A stretch of 64,000 nt of DNA from Candidatus Magasanikbacteria bacterium CG10_big_fil_rev_8_21_14_0_10_36_32. GTDB taxonomy: Bacteria > Patescibacteriota > Patescibacteriia > Magasanikbacterales > GWA2-37-8. A program made the translations under genes and the position numbers. Below are positions 1 to 10,539 of this stretch, one piece after another; position 1 is the stretch's first letter, and every line of letters begins with the position of its first letter. Location: assembly GCA_002778465.1 (NCBI GenBank), contig PFBV01000003.1, positions 87,736 through 151,735 of the forward strand, given 5' to 3'. The notes beneath the pieces are model-generated. The model ran no database searches, was not told the DNA's origin, and worked only from the letters and a program-made list of their open reading frames with translations.

Positions 1-2824
1 GTCCGCCTTCCGGACCCAATTCAATTACCCAATCACAATTTTTAATAATATCCAAATTATGTTCAATTATCACCACACTATTACCCTTATCCACCAACCT
101 TTCCAAAACCTGTAATAAACGATTAATATCCTCAAAATGCAAACCTGTAGTCGGTTCATCTAAAATATAAAGTGTTTTGCCGGTGGAAGCGCGAGCCAAT
201 TCAGTGGCTAATTTAATACGTTGTGCCTCACCACCGGACAAAGTGGTGGCTGATTGTCCCAATTGAACATAACCTAAGCCAACTTCGCGTAAAATATTTA
301 ATTTAACAGCAATAGGCTGCTGATTAGAAAAAAATTTAAAAGCTTCTTCCACTGTCATATTTAAAACATCGGAAATATTTTTGCCTTGATAATGAACTTC
401 CAAAGCTTCCTGATTATATCGTGAACCATTACAATCATTACAAACCATAAAAACATCGGCTAAAAATTGCATCGGAATTCTGGTATAACCTTCGCCGGCG
501 CAAGCTTCACAACGTCCGCCGCCTTTAACATTAAAACTGAATTTTCCAGCATCATAACCTCTCATTTTGGCTTCCGGCAAACTGGCAAACAAATCTCTGA
601 TTAAAGTAAAAATACCGGTATAAGTGGCAGGATTGGATCGTGGAGTGCGTCCAATCGGAGATTGATCAATGGCAATTACTTTATCAATATTAGTCAATCC
701 GACAATTGATTTATGTTCACCGGGATCTTCTTTGCTGCGATAAAAATGCTTAGATAAAGCCCTGCCTAAAATTTCAATAATTAAAGATGATTTACCGGAA
801 CCGGAAACACCGGTAACACAAACCAATTTGGCTAAAGGAATTTCCACATCTATATTTTTCAGATTAAACGCCTTTGCGCCAATAATTTTTATTTTTTTAT
901 CAGCAACGATTTTGCGTTTTTTATCGGTTTCCTGATTTCTTTTTAAATCACAACCAACCTGTAAACGTCCGGTTAAATATTCACCGGTCAAAGATTGTTT
1001 ATTCTTTTTAATTTCAGGCAAAGTTCCTTTGGCCACTATTTCTCCACCATAAACACCTGCGCCCGGACCGACATCAACCAAATAATCAGCTTCTTTCATA
1101 ATGGCCGCGTCATGTTCAACCACAATAACCGTGTTTCCTAAATCTCTCAAATATTTTAAAGTTTCAATTAATTTTTGATTATCGCGCGGATGCAAACCAA
1201 CCGACGGTTCGTCTAAAATATAAACCACACCGGTTAACCCCGAAGTCAACTGAGTCGCCAAACGAACACGAGTCACCTCACCTCCGGACAACGTATTCAT
1301 TGCTCTATCCACGCTTAAATAACGCAAACCAACTCGTTCCAAATTATCCACTCGTTGGTATAATTCTTTAATAATTGGAATAATTATTGAATCTTTTTTA
1401 TCTGTTTTAATATTTTTACCCAAAATTCCCTTAAAAAATTCCAAACTTTCTTCAATGTCCATAGCCGCAACTTCAGCAATGTTTTTGTTTTTAACCATCA
1501 CTGCTAAAGATTCTTTTTTTAATCGCTTTCCGCCGCATAAACTGCAAACCTGTTCGCGCATATATTGTTCAATCTCCCGACAAACATAATCTGAATCTGT
1601 AGATAAGTGACGCTGGCGCAAATCTTCAATCACACCGACAAAAGTTGTTTTTTTATTCAGTTCAATTTCATAGGTTTCTTTTCCTGTCCCATTTAAAATT
1701 AAATTTACAGTAGTCGACGGCATTTTGTTAATCGGCATATCCATAGAAAAATTATGCCGTTTAGCCACCGCGCTTAAAACTTTTTGATACCAACTTTGAT
1801 TACCTGTAATTCTAGTCCACGGCTGGATTGCTCCTTCAGCCAAAGTCAAACGCGGATTTGGAATAACCAAATCTGGCACTACTTCCATAGTAATACCCAA
1901 ACCGGTACATCGCGGGCAAGCGCCCAATGGGCTGTTAAAACTAAAATTACGAATATCCACCGGCGGCATCATATAACCGCACTTTGGACACAAACCAAAA
2001 GTTGAGAATGTATAAACTTTATCTTTTACCGCCACATGAACCAATCCATTGCTTAAATCCAAAGCTATTTCCACCATCTTGCTCGGATCTTGTTTTTTTA
2101 TATCATCAATAATGCCGGTTATTAAATCAACTTGATAATTTTTTTTCGGATTAAAATCATAATCAACTAAATCGGCAACTTTTACCACATCTCCATCAAT
2201 CCACACTGATTTGAAACCGGATTTTTCAACTTTATCCAACAAATCATCCGGATCAACAATATCGTTTTTAATTAATGGCGACAAAACAAAAATCTGTTTA
2301 TTTTTTCTGGCTAAATCTCTGATTTGTTCTATAATTTCTCCGGATGTATGGCTAACAATTTTTTCATCGCATTCCGGACAAAATCTTTCACCGGCTCTGG
2401 CATACAACAGACGCAAATAATCATAAATTTCCGTTACTGTACCAACGGTTGAACGCGGATTTTGTGTAGAAACACGCTGATCAATGGCAATGGTCGGAGA
2501 TAAACCGTCAATTCCATCAACATCCGGCTTGTCGCGAACTTCCATAAATTGCCGCGCATACGAAGAAAGCGACTCAGCATAACGTCGCTGGCCTTCAGCA
2601 TAAATAGTGTCAAACGCCAAACTTGATTTGCCGGAACCTGACAAACCGGTAATTACTACCAATTTATTCTTGGGAATATCAATATTGACGTTCTTCAGGT
2701 TATGAGCCCTAGCGCCTCTGATTATTATCTTGTCTTTATTTTTTAAATTATTTACTCCAAACCGATTGGAGGAATTTGATGTGGAAGTTACTTGTGATTT
2801 CTTTTTAATTTTTTTTGCCGGCAT
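1..2824 (-). CDS. uvrA: Excinuclease ABC subunit A (runs off the window start; 3' end missing)
   Basis: Manual minus-strand translation from ATG at 2824: ...IIIRGARAHNLKNVNIDIPKNKLVVITGLSGSGKSSLAFDTIYAEGQRRYAESLSSYARQF...; second ABC domain with GVSGSGKSSL and FSGGEAQRIKLA..LYILDEPTTGLH. Confidence 0.97.
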   Translation of the reverse strand, partial: MPAKKIKKKSQVTSTSNSSNRFGVNNLKNKDKIIIRGARAHNLKNVNIDIPKNKLVVITGLSGSGKSSLAFDTIYAEGQRRYAESLSSYARQFMEVRDKPDVDGIDGLSPTIAIDQRVSTQNPRSTVGTVTEIYDYLRLLYARAGERFCPECDEKIVSHTSGEIIEQIRDLARKNKQIFVLSPLIKNDIVDPDDLLDKVEKSGFKSVWIDGDVVKVADLVDYDFNPKKNYQVDLITGIIDDIKKQDPSKMVEIALDLSNGLVHVAVKDKVYTFSTFGLCPKCGYMMPPVDIRNFSFNSPLGACPRCTGLGITMEVVPDLVIPNPRLTLAEGAIQPWTRITGNQSWYQKVLSAVAKRHNFSMDMPINKMPSTTVNLILNGTGKETYEIELNKKTTFVGVIEDLRQRHLSTDSDYVCREIEQYMREQVCSLCGGKRLKKESLAVMVKNKNIAEVAAMDIEESLEFFKGILGKNIKTDKKDSIIIPIIKELYQRVDNLERVGLRYLSVDRAMNTLSGGEVTRVRLATQLTSGLTGVVYILDEPSVGLHPRDNQKLIETLKYLRDLGNTVIVVEHDAAIMKEADYLVDVGPGAGVYGGEIVAKGTLPEIKKNKQSLTGEYLTGRLQVGCDLKRNQETDKKRKIVADKKIKIIGAKAFNLKNIDVEIPLAKLVCVTGVSGSGKSSLIIEILGRALSKHFYRSKEDPGEHKSIVGLTNIDKVIAIDQSPIGRTPRSNPATYTGIFTLIRDLFASLPEAKMRGYDAGKFSFNVKGGGRCEACAGEGYTRIPMQFLADVFMVCNDCNGSRYNQEALEVHYQGKNISDVLNMTVEEAFKFFSNQQPIAVKLNILREVGLGYVQLGQSATTLSGGEAQRIKLATELARASTGKTLYILDEPTTGLHFEDINRLLQVLERLVDKGNSVVIIEHNLDIIKNCDWVIELGPEGG

Positions 2825-2894
2825 AAATTTCAATAAAACAAAAATCTAAAGGCTATTTTGTGATGTTTCATCGTAGCACGGATAGAGAAAAATA

Positions 2895-4589
2895 TCAATA
2901 GCCGGAACATTTAACATCATTTGACGCCGGTGCGTCATTTTCAAGCTGCATTTTTGTCTTAAGTATATTAATTTTTCCGGTTTGTTTTACAGGAATACAA
3001 ACACCCCATTTACCTTCCCATAATTTATTTGCTGACAAATCCCATAACTGACATTCTTTCTCACATACTCCTGGGGTAAGAATTTGATAATTTGGACCGC
3101 AATTCATCAAACCTATACATTCAGAAGCGGAATTACATTCAGCTGTATCAGAACACCAATCACCATCTTCCAAAACACCTCCGACGCATCTATCTTTGTT
3201 ACAATTATCCGATTTACAATCGCTCGCTTTGCCGCAAGGAGAACCATTGAGACCATTGGAACAAAGCGGAACATAAGCGTCTTCAACACATTTCAAACCG
3301 GCGGCGCAATCTGACACATTATAGCATTGTGAACCATTTTTTCCGTCGGAACAAAAACCAATTTCAGTTTTAGCCCAACATTTAAAAGCTGCCGTCACAC
3401 CTTTCATCTTTACACAATGACCTTCAGCGCACTGATTTTTATTTACATCACACATTTCTCCGTTTTGCAATGCTTCCGCTTTAGGCAAACAAACACCATT
3501 ATGATTGGCAAAAAAATCAACAAATTCATCAACCGCATATTCTACAATTCCACTCGCTGTTGAAACTACTATTTTTCCGCAACTGATTGAATCAGCCGAC
3601 GCGTCCGATACTTTATCGCAAGCCCAAACGGCTCCTACAGCAGTAGCGCCCCATTTCAAACCTTTAAATGAAAAAACTTTGGAACCAACATTTTTCAAAA
3701 CAGCGGTTGCGGCTTGACTTTTTGAATAATTAGCCAATTCTTTAGCTGGAATTTTAGTAGCAAAGCTTAAAATTTTAGTTCCGCCTTTACTCAAAACTGT
3801 TTTTGCTCCATTTGCCAATTCTTTTCCGATTGACGCTTCTGCGCCAGCTCCAATTGACGCGGCTCCGCCAACAAATGACACGGAAACTGTTGATATATAT
3901 TCAGCCAGAACAGCGCAAGCTCCTTGTCTGTCTGAATCATAACCGATAGTAAAACAAATATGCTGACCATCTGCTTCGCAAGCGGTTTTTGTTTCACCGC
4001 CACGCGGATCACAGTAATCACCGGCGGCAACTGACAATTCCGGTTCTGCCCGAAGCATCCAAATTTGCGGTAAACGCAAATTAACCAAAGCCGGATTAAT
4101 ACTATTTAAAATATTGTAAGACATAAAAGCGATAAATAATCCTATTACCGCTCCGCCAATTCTCTTTTTTGACTGACCAATCACTTCACTGCTGCCAGCT
4201 GAAGTAATCCACTGAACTCCTGAAACAATAATCATCACCACTGCCAAAACTCCCAAAGCCACCAAAGCATAATTATAAATAGTTTTTATATAATCACCAA
4301 GATTAGCAAAAGAAGATTTTCCGCCAAAAGAAATACTGGTTTTTGTGGCTCGGCCAGCTAAACATTTTCCCCACTCTCCCGTACAAGGTTCTTCTTGAAT
4401 CCAACCGTCGCTGGCTAATAATTCACCAGCCATTTCTTGTCTGGCTTGAACACAATCCTCTTTTTTCCAACATAAATAATTTTCGGACTGTATTATAGAA
4501 GATCCTGTTTGCGCCAAAACTAAGTCAACTGTTAAGGGAAACAAAATAACACTAAACACCAAAAAAAAGAATACTTTTTTAAAATACAT
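2895..4589 (-). CDS. Secreted/membrane protein with VirB2/TrbC-like pilin domain and Cys-rich C-terminal repeats
   Basis: Signal peptide, two-TM segment YIKTIYNYALVALGVLAVVMIIVSGVQWITSAG...IGGAVIGL...ILNSINP, then many Cys repeats (GxxCxxxxDCxSxxC). Confidence 0.7.
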   Translation of the reverse strand: MYFKKVFFFLVFSVILFPLTVDLVLAQTGSSIIQSENYLCWKKEDCVQARQEMAGELLASDGWIQEEPCTGEWGKCLAGRATKTSISFGGKSSFANLGDYIKTIYNYALVALGVLAVVMIIVSGVQWITSAGSSEVIGQSKKRIGGAVIGLFIAFMSYNILNSINPALVNLRLPQIWMLRAEPELSVAAGDYCDPRGGETKTACEADGQHICFTIGYDSDRQGACAVLAEYISTVSVSFVGGAASIGAGAEASIGKELANGAKTVLSKGGTKILSFATKIPAKELANYSKSQAATAVLKNVGSKVFSFKGLKWGATAVGAVWACDKVSDASADSISCGKIVVSTASGIVEYAVDEFVDFFANHNGVCLPKAEALQNGEMCDVNKNQCAEGHCVKMKGVTAAFKCWAKTEIGFCSDGKNGSQCYNVSDCAAGLKCVEDAYVPLCSNGLNGSPCGKASDCKSDNCNKDRCVGGVLEDGDWCSDTAECNSASECIGLMNCGPNYQILTPGVCEKECQLWDLSANKLWEGKWGVCIPVKQTGKINILKTKMQLENDAPASNDVKCSGY

Positions 4590-4593
4590 AATA

Positions 4594-5349
4594 TTACAAT
4601 TTAAAATCTTTTAACAATGTTTCCCATGTTGAAAATAACATAGCGCCTTCAATTTTGTTGCCATTAACAAAAAAAGTCGGCGTTCCTTTTTTAATTCCAT
4701 ATTTAACGCCGATTGAATAATCTTTCTTAACTTCAATTTCACCTCGGCGGCTTTGTAAGCAATCTGACATTCTACTTTTATCTAAACCGAATTGATTAAT
4801 CAATACATCAACATCAGTATCGGAAAAATTTTCACCAATCATTTCTTGATTGCTAAAAAACAAATCATGCGCTAACCAAAACGCTCCCTGTTCATTTACA
4901 CAAGAAGCTACCGCGGCCAACCGATTAGTTCCGGGATGAACCGATTCCATTGGAAAATCACGAATAATCCATTTTATTTTATAACCATACTTATTTATCA
5001 ACTTTTGCATCTCGGAATATTGTCCTTTACAAATCGGACACTTAAAATCTATAAATTCAACAATTACAAAACTTGCATTTTGATTTCCCAAAAAAGGATC
5101 ATCATCTGTTTCTAATTCTTGACGTGCCGCTTGAATTTCCGGCGATTCAACTATCTGATTCAACGCCTGTTGATTCATTTGCTGTTCCAAAATATCGCCA
5201 TGTCCGGATTTTATCGCTCTCCAATAATTATATCCGAGCGCGCTTAAGGACAAAATTACAGCCGCCAACAAACAAATGGCCGCTATTATGGTAATACCCC
5301 ACCATGTTTTATACCAAACTTTTAACCCCGTAACAGGTTCCATATTCAA
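4594..5349 (-). CDS. DsbA-family thioredoxin-fold protein, membrane anchored
   Basis: DDPFLGN...IVEFIDFKCPIC (CxxC), RDFP, GTPTFFVNG. Confidence 0.9.
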   Translation of the reverse strand: MNMEPVTGLKVWYKTWWGITIIAAICLLAAVILSLSALGYNYWRAIKSGHGDILEQQMNQQALNQIVESPEIQAARQELETDDDPFLGNQNASFVIVEFIDFKCPICKGQYSEMQKLINKYGYKIKWIIRDFPMESVHPGTNRLAAVASCVNEQGAFWLAHDLFFSNQEMIGENFSDTDVDVLINQFGLDKSRMSDCLQSRRGEIEVKKDYSIGVKYGIKKGTPTFFVNGNKIEGAMLFSTWETLLKDFKL

Positions 5350-5423
5350 TTAAAATTAGCCAAAAATTCACAAAACTTCAATTGTCAATATTATATCATA
5401 TATATAAGGAACAGACAATCTTG

Positions 5424-5452
5424 TTGACAAAAAACCAAAACGGTGGTACACT
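5424..5452 (+). promoter_or_regulatory. sigma70-type promoter for secG
   Basis: TTGACA-17 nt-TACACT. Confidence 0.7.
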
Positions 5453-5485
5453 AATGTCATTGACTTTTATATAGAAAAAGAGATT

Positions 5486-5704
5486 ATGCAAAATAATATT
5501 TTAAATATCATACAATTTGTAATGTCAGCAGTTCTTATTATTGCTATACTTTTACAACAAAAAGGTACCGGTTTAAGTGGTGTTTTTGGTGGCGGCGGAA
5601 ATGTTTACAGTACAAAAAGAGGTATTGATAAAATACTTTTTTATACCACTATTGTGGTATCAATCTTGTTTTTTGGCCTCTCTCTGGCGCGAATTTTCAT
5701 ATAA
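5486..5704 (+). CDS. secG: Preprotein translocase subunit SecG
   Basis: Two TM helices around ILLQQKGTGLSGVFGGGG...TKRG. Confidence 0.92.
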   Translation: MQNNILNIIQFVMSAVLIIAILLQQKGTGLSGVFGGGGNVYSTKRGIDKILFYTTIVVSILFFGLSLARIFI

Positions 5705-5756
5705 AATGCGTCTTAACGAACACAAGTTCGTTTCACTGTTTTAATTATTTTTCTTC

Positions 5757-7700
5757 ATGAGTTGGAAACAACTTTTTAACAGGTTCGGCCACAAAGAGCC
5801 AAAACCATTAGTTCGAAATTTTGACCGACGGCTTATCAATAATCTCCGGTCTAATTTTTGGCCATCTCTAAATCAATTAAAATATTTAAAAAGATTCTTA
5901 AGCAAAGCGGAAAAAAACATAATTAAAATTTCTTGTGGCATTATTGTTTTGACGATTTTGTTTTGGGGTGGATGGATAATTGCTTCACATCATACGGTTA
6001 TTCCGAAAAATGGCGGTGAATACAGTGAAGCCTTAATTGGACAACCAAAATTGATTAATCCGATTTTTGCCGGAGCAAACGATGTTGATTCTGATATTGT
6101 TCCCCTGCTTTATTCCGGTCTTTTCCGTTTTAACAAAGATCAAAAATTAATTCCTGAATTGGCGGCCAGCTGGTCGGTCAGCAGTGATCAAAAAACTTAT
6201 ACTATTAAACTTCGTCAGGATATCGCTTGGACAGATGAAAAAAAATTAATCGCTGACGATGTTATTTTTACTTTAGAGACAATACAAAATCCAGAAGTTA
6301 ACAGTCCTCTATTTACTTCCTTTCAAGGCATAGCGGCGACAAAAATAAATGACTACGAAATTCAATTCGTTTTAAAAGAACCATTTGTATCCTTTTTAAA
6401 CAGTTTAACATTGGGAATTATACCTGAACATATTTGGGGAGAAATTTTGCCGGCCAATTTACGCTTAGCAAAAGAAAATCTTCAACCAAAAGTAACTTCA
6501 GGCCCGTGGAAATTTTTACGTTTAGTAAAAGACGGTTCTAATATTCAAACTTATGCTTTAGAAAAAAATAATAAATATTTCGGTAATCTGCCATACCTGC
6601 AAAATATCACTTTTAAATTTTATCAGGATTACGCCGAAGCAACTGATGCTCTAAGAGCAAAAGAATTGACGGCGGTCAGTTTTGTGCCACGACATTTACA
6701 AGACAAAATTTCAAGTAAAAATTTAATTATTTATAATCTTCATTTACCACAATATACCGCTTTATTTTTTAATCAAACTCAGCAATCAATTTTAAAAGAT
6801 TTAAGCTTCAGAAAAAATTTAATTCAAGCGATAGATAAAAAATTATTAGTGGCTGAGGCTTTAAATAATAATGCCAATGTAACTGACTCGCCTTTTCTGC
6901 CGGGTTCAATAGGTTACTATCCGGAAATTAAAAAAATAGAATATGATTTGGAAGCGGTTAATCAATCTTTGGATAAAGCGGAATGGAAAAAAATAGACCC
7001 GGAAACCTACTTCAAAATTAGACGAGATATTTTATTTAAAAGTCGTTTAAATGAAATTAAATCTTTACCTGAATTTGCCGCCAATTCCAGTACTTTAACG
7101 GCTGAACTGCAAGAAAAAGTAGATAATACGGTTCGCCAAGAAATGTGGCCAGATCAAACTTTTTATCGTCAAGATAAGAAAGGAAATTTATTAAGTTTGA
7201 CCATTACCACTACTGATATGCCTGAATATCAAAAAGTTGCGGATTCTGTCGCCAGAATGTGGCGAGCAAGCGGAATTCAAACCAACATTCAAACTGTTGC
7301 CGGACGACAAATCAGTCGCGATATTTTAAAAACAAGAAACTATGAAATACTGCTCTACGGAGAAATTTTAGGCGACGATCCGGATCCGTATCCTTTCTGG
7401 CATTCTTCACAAACTAACTATCCCGGTTTAAATTTATCCATGATGGCCGACAGAAATGCCGATAAAATTTTAGAAGAAGCCAGATCAACTAACGACTTGC
7501 AAAAAAGAATTCAATTATATAAACAATTCCAGGATATTTTAGCAAAAGAACTTCCGGCTATTTTTCTATATACTCCAACCTATAACTTCGTAGCGGACAA
7601 AAATTTACAAGGCGTAAAATTGGATAAAATTTTTGTTCCTTCCGATCGCTTCAATGGTTTGAGCGAATGGTATATAAAAACTAAATGGGAATGGAACTAA
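5757..7700 (+). CDS. Peptide ABC transporter substrate-binding protein (family 5, OppA/DppA-like), N-terminally anchored
   Basis: PKNGGEYSEAL, LYSGLFR..PELAASW..SDQKTYTIKLR, GPWKF, ELPAIFLY motifs; no adjacent permease genes. Confidence 0.88.
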   Translation: MSWKQLFNRFGHKEPKPLVRNFDRRLINNLRSNFWPSLNQLKYLKRFLSKAEKNIIKISCGIIVLTILFWGGWIIASHHTVIPKNGGEYSEALIGQPKLINPIFAGANDVDSDIVPLLYSGLFRFNKDQKLIPELAASWSVSSDQKTYTIKLRQDIAWTDEKKLIADDVIFTLETIQNPEVNSPLFTSFQGIAATKINDYEIQFVLKEPFVSFLNSLTLGIIPEHIWGEILPANLRLAKENLQPKVTSGPWKFLRLVKDGSNIQTYALEKNNKYFGNLPYLQNITFKFYQDYAEATDALRAKELTAVSFVPRHLQDKISSKNLIIYNLHLPQYTALFFNQTQQSILKDLSFRKNLIQAIDKKLLVAEALNNNANVTDSPFLPGSIGYYPEIKKIEYDLEAVNQSLDKAEWKKIDPETYFKIRRDILFKSRLNEIKSLPEFAANSSTLTAELQEKVDNTVRQEMWPDQTFYRQDKKGNLLSLTITTTDMPEYQKVADSVARMWRASGIQTNIQTVAGRQISRDILKTRNYEILLYGEILGDDPDPYPFWHSSQTNYPGLNLSMMADRNADKILEEARSTNDLQKRIQLYKQFQDILAKELPAIFLYTPTYNFVADKNLQGVKLDKIFVPSDRFNGLSEWYIKTKWEWN

Positions 7701-7797
7701 ATAAGTTTAAGTTAAAAAATTAAAAGTTTAACGAATTGTAAAATAACAGCCTAAAACTTTTTAATTTAATAACTTTAAAACTTTTTAACTATTACTC

Positions 7798-7880
7798 GCG
7801 GACGTGGCGGAACTTGGTATACGCGTACGTCTCAGAAGCGTATGGAGCAATCCTTGAGGGTTCAAGTCCCTCCGTCCGCA
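7798..7880 (+). tRNA. tRNA-Leu(CAG)
   Basis: Acceptor GCGGACG/CGTCCGC, anticodon arm TACGT-CTCAGAA-GCGTA, long variable arm, T-arm GAGGG-TTCAAGT-CCCTC; CCA not encoded. Confidence 0.95.
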
Positions 7881-8028
7881 CAATTATTTTTTTAAATTAT
7901 TAAAAATCCAATAATTTAAAATTAAATTTATTTATTTAATTTATCTTCAATTAACAATTTCACAAATTGTTTTTTATCCCGCCACAACGGGATTCCGCTT
8001 AACGCGGCAACTAATCATTATTTAATTT

Positions 8029-9804
8029 ATGAACACAAAAAAACCGTCAGGATCGGGAAATCGTCATTTTTCCAGATCTAAACATCAACCATCAACAACT
8101 ACGCAAAATGCGCGGCAGTCATTCTCACGTTTCCGTTCCGATGATACCAAATTAAAGGTCATTGTTTTGGGAGGGTTAGAAGAAGTCGGACGAAACTGCA
8201 CTTTAATGGAATATAACGGCGACATTATTATTATTGATATGGGACTTCAATTTCCGGAAGAAAATATGCCGGGTATTGATTATATTATTCCCAATATCAG
8301 TTATCTGAAAGGTAAAGAAAAAAATATACGCGGTGTCATCATCACACATGCTCACTATGATCATATTGGAGCTATTCCACATTTAATTACAGATCTCGGT
8401 AATCCGCCAATTTACGCTTTACCGATGACTAACGCTATTATTAAAAAACGTCAAGAAGATTATAAAAACATCCGTCCCCTGAATATCCATAACATCAGTT
8501 TAAAAGATCGTCTAAGACTTGGTAATTTTGAATTAGAATTTTTTCACCTAAATCATAACATTCCTGATACTATGGGCGTGGTTGTAAAAACTCCGGAAGG
8601 TATTATTATTCACACAGGTGATTGGAAATTTGATTATCAACCAGCAGGAGAAGCTTCGGCTGATTTACAAAAAATTGCTCAAATCGGAAGTCAAGGAGTA
8701 TTGGCTTTGATGAGTGATAGTACTAACGCATCACAACCAGGACATCAGATTTCAGAATCAGAAATCGGCACCAACTTGGAAGAAATAATCAGCAAAGCGC
8801 CCGGCCGTATTATTATTGGAACATTCGCTTCCTTATTGGCTCGCATAAAACAAATTATTGAGGTGGCGGAAAAATTAGGCAAAGTAGTGGCTTTAGACGG
8901 TTTTAGCATGAAGAGCAATGTGGAAATCGCTAAAGAATTAGGCTATATGCAATTTAGTCCCAAAACATTAATTGAATTAAAACGAACAAGTGATTATCCT
9001 GACAACAAAGTGGTCATTATTTGTACCGGAGCGCAAGGCGAAAAAAATGCTTCTTTAATGCGTATTGCCAATGGGGAACATCGTTTAATTAAATTAAATT
9101 CAGGAGACACTGTCGTCTTTTCTTCTTCGGTTATTCCGGGTAATGAGCGCACTGTCCAACGACTTAAAGATACTTTATTCAGAAAAGGCGCTGATGTTAT
9201 TCATTATCAAATGATGGATGTTCATGCCGGCGGACACGCTAAAGCTGAAGATGTAAAATTAATGATTCGTCTACTTAATCCAAAGTATTTTATTCCGATT
9301 GAAGGTAACCATTTCTTGTTGCATTACAATGCGCGAACAGCAGTATCTATGGGTTTTCCAAAAGACAATATTTTTATCGCTGACAATGGACAGGTAATGG
9401 AATTTCATCGCGGTATCGGAAAATTAACAAAAAATAAAATCAATGCCGACTATGTATTTGTTGATGGCTTAGGTGTCAGCGACGAAACCAACGTTGTATT
9501 GCGCGATCGGCAAGTCTTAGCCGAAGACGGCATGGTGGTGGTAATTGTTACTGTAGACAGTAAAACTGGAAAATTAATTCAAAATCCGGATATTATTTCA
9601 CGCGGTTTTGTGTTTTTAAAAGAAAATAAAGAATTAATTGAAGACCTTCGTCATCGCATTAAAAAAACAGTTATTGATTCAGATCCGTTATCTTGGGCCG
9701 ATACTAATTTAATCCGCAATAAAATTCGCGATTATGTCGGACAATTTTTATTCAGCAAAACCGAAAAACGCCCAATGGTGTTGCCGGTTGTAATTGAAGT
9801 ATAA
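8029..9804 (+). CDS. rnj: Ribonuclease J
   Basis: [49 protein letters not shown]. Confidence 0.96.
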   Translation: MNTKKPSGSGNRHFSRSKHQPSTTTQNARQSFSRFRSDDTKLKVIVLGGLEEVGRNCTLMEYNGDIIIIDMGLQFPEENMPGIDYIIPNISYLKGKEKNIRGVIITHAHYDHIGAIPHLITDLGNPPIYALPMTNAIIKKRQEDYKNIRPLNIHNISLKDRLRLGNFELEFFHLNHNIPDTMGVVVKTPEGIIIHTGDWKFDYQPAGEASADLQKIAQIGSQGVLALMSDSTNASQPGHQISESEIGTNLEEIISKAPGRIIIGTFASLLARIKQIIEVAEKLGKVVALDGFSMKSNVEIAKELGYMQFSPKTLIELKRTSDYPDNKVVIICTGAQGEKNASLMRIANGEHRLIKLNSGDTVVFSSSVIPGNERTVQRLKDTLFRKGADVIHYQMMDVHAGGHAKAEDVKLMIRLLNPKYFIPIEGNHFLLHYNARTAVSMGFPKDNIFIADNGQVMEFHRGIGKLTKNKINADYVFVDGLGVSDETNVVLRDRQVLAEDGMVVVIVTVDSKTGKLIQNPDIISRGFVFLKENKELIEDLRHRIKKTVIDSDPLSWADTNLIRNKIRDYVGQFLFSKTEKRPMVLPVVIEV

Positions 9805-9805
9805 T

Positions 9806-10015
9806 ATGAAAAAATTATATCGATCATTAAATGATAAAAAGATTTTTGGTGTTTGTGGCGGTTGGGCGGAATATTTTAATATTGATTCCACTTTAATGAG
9901 AATTGGATGGATAATGCTTAGCCTGATTACCGGTTTTTTTCCTGTATTTATCACTTATCTTGTCGCAGCAATTATCACACCAAAAAACAATAATCATCAA
10001 TCACCGGCTTTATAA
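9806..10015 (+). CDS. PspC domain protein
   Basis: [33 protein letters not shown]; ATG at 9806 preferred over the upstream alternative start. Confidence 0.9.
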   Translation: MKKLYRSLNDKKIFGVCGGWAEYFNIDSTLMRIGWIMLSLITGFFPVFITYLVAAIITPKNNNHQSPAL

Positions 10016-10025
10016 CTTAGTCAAT

Positions 10026-10059
10026 AAAAAATACCCTCGCAAAAGCGAGGGTATTTTTT
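10026..10059. terminator. Bidirectional intrinsic terminator between pspC and rnpB
   Basis: AAAAAATACCCTCGC-AAAA-GCGAGGGTATTTTTT. Confidence 0.85.
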
Positions 10060-10060
10060 A

Positions 10061-10433
10061 TTCATAGCTATAAGCCGAATTCTGTTCCCCCCGAAAGGGT
10101 GATAATCATTTCTCTAGTTGCATCATTACTGACACAATCATCAGCGAGCGAACTTTTTATCCCGACGTGAAGTCGGGACTCTGCTCTTGCACGCGAGTAA
10201 GGATTTTGCCGTTTCACCTTCAATCTTCTTTTCCCCCGATCAAAGTTAAGCTGTTATTCCTGATTAAACAAGAACATGGGATTTAGCTTTCCTTAGCCTT
10301 TCGGCTTTGGACGTTTCTGTTCGCACCTCTTGGATCGCTCCAGACGGGCGTTACCCGCTACTTTTGCCACAAATGAGCGGCTGCGTGTTCGGACTTTCCT
10401 CCCTAATAAATTAGGACGATTATCCACTATGAA
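10061..10433 (-). ncRNA. rnpB: RNase P RNA (bacterial)
   Basis: Minus strand has GAGGAAAGTCCG near the 5' end, ACAGAAAC, GGTGAAACGGC and 3' AACAGAATTCGGCTTA; ends pair (TTCATAG/CTATGAA). Confidence 0.93.
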
Positions 10434-10440
10434 CAGGTCT

Positions 10441-10469
10441 ATTATAGCACATTTTTAAGGTTTTGTCAA
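10441..10469 (-). promoter_or_regulatory. sigma70 promoter of rnpB
   Basis: Minus strand TTGACA-AAACCTTAAAAATGTGC-TATAAT (17 nt spacer). Confidence 0.85.
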
Positions 10470-10539
10470 TCCTTGACAAAAAACAAAAATCATGATAATT
10501 CTACCTTAGTAATTTACCTCCAAACAAGGAGAAAAAATA

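Noticed and set aside
10426-10437. CTGTTCATAG at the rnpB 5' end as another boxA-like site
   Set aside because: It is explained by the P1 helix pairing with the RNA 3' end and is a weak match
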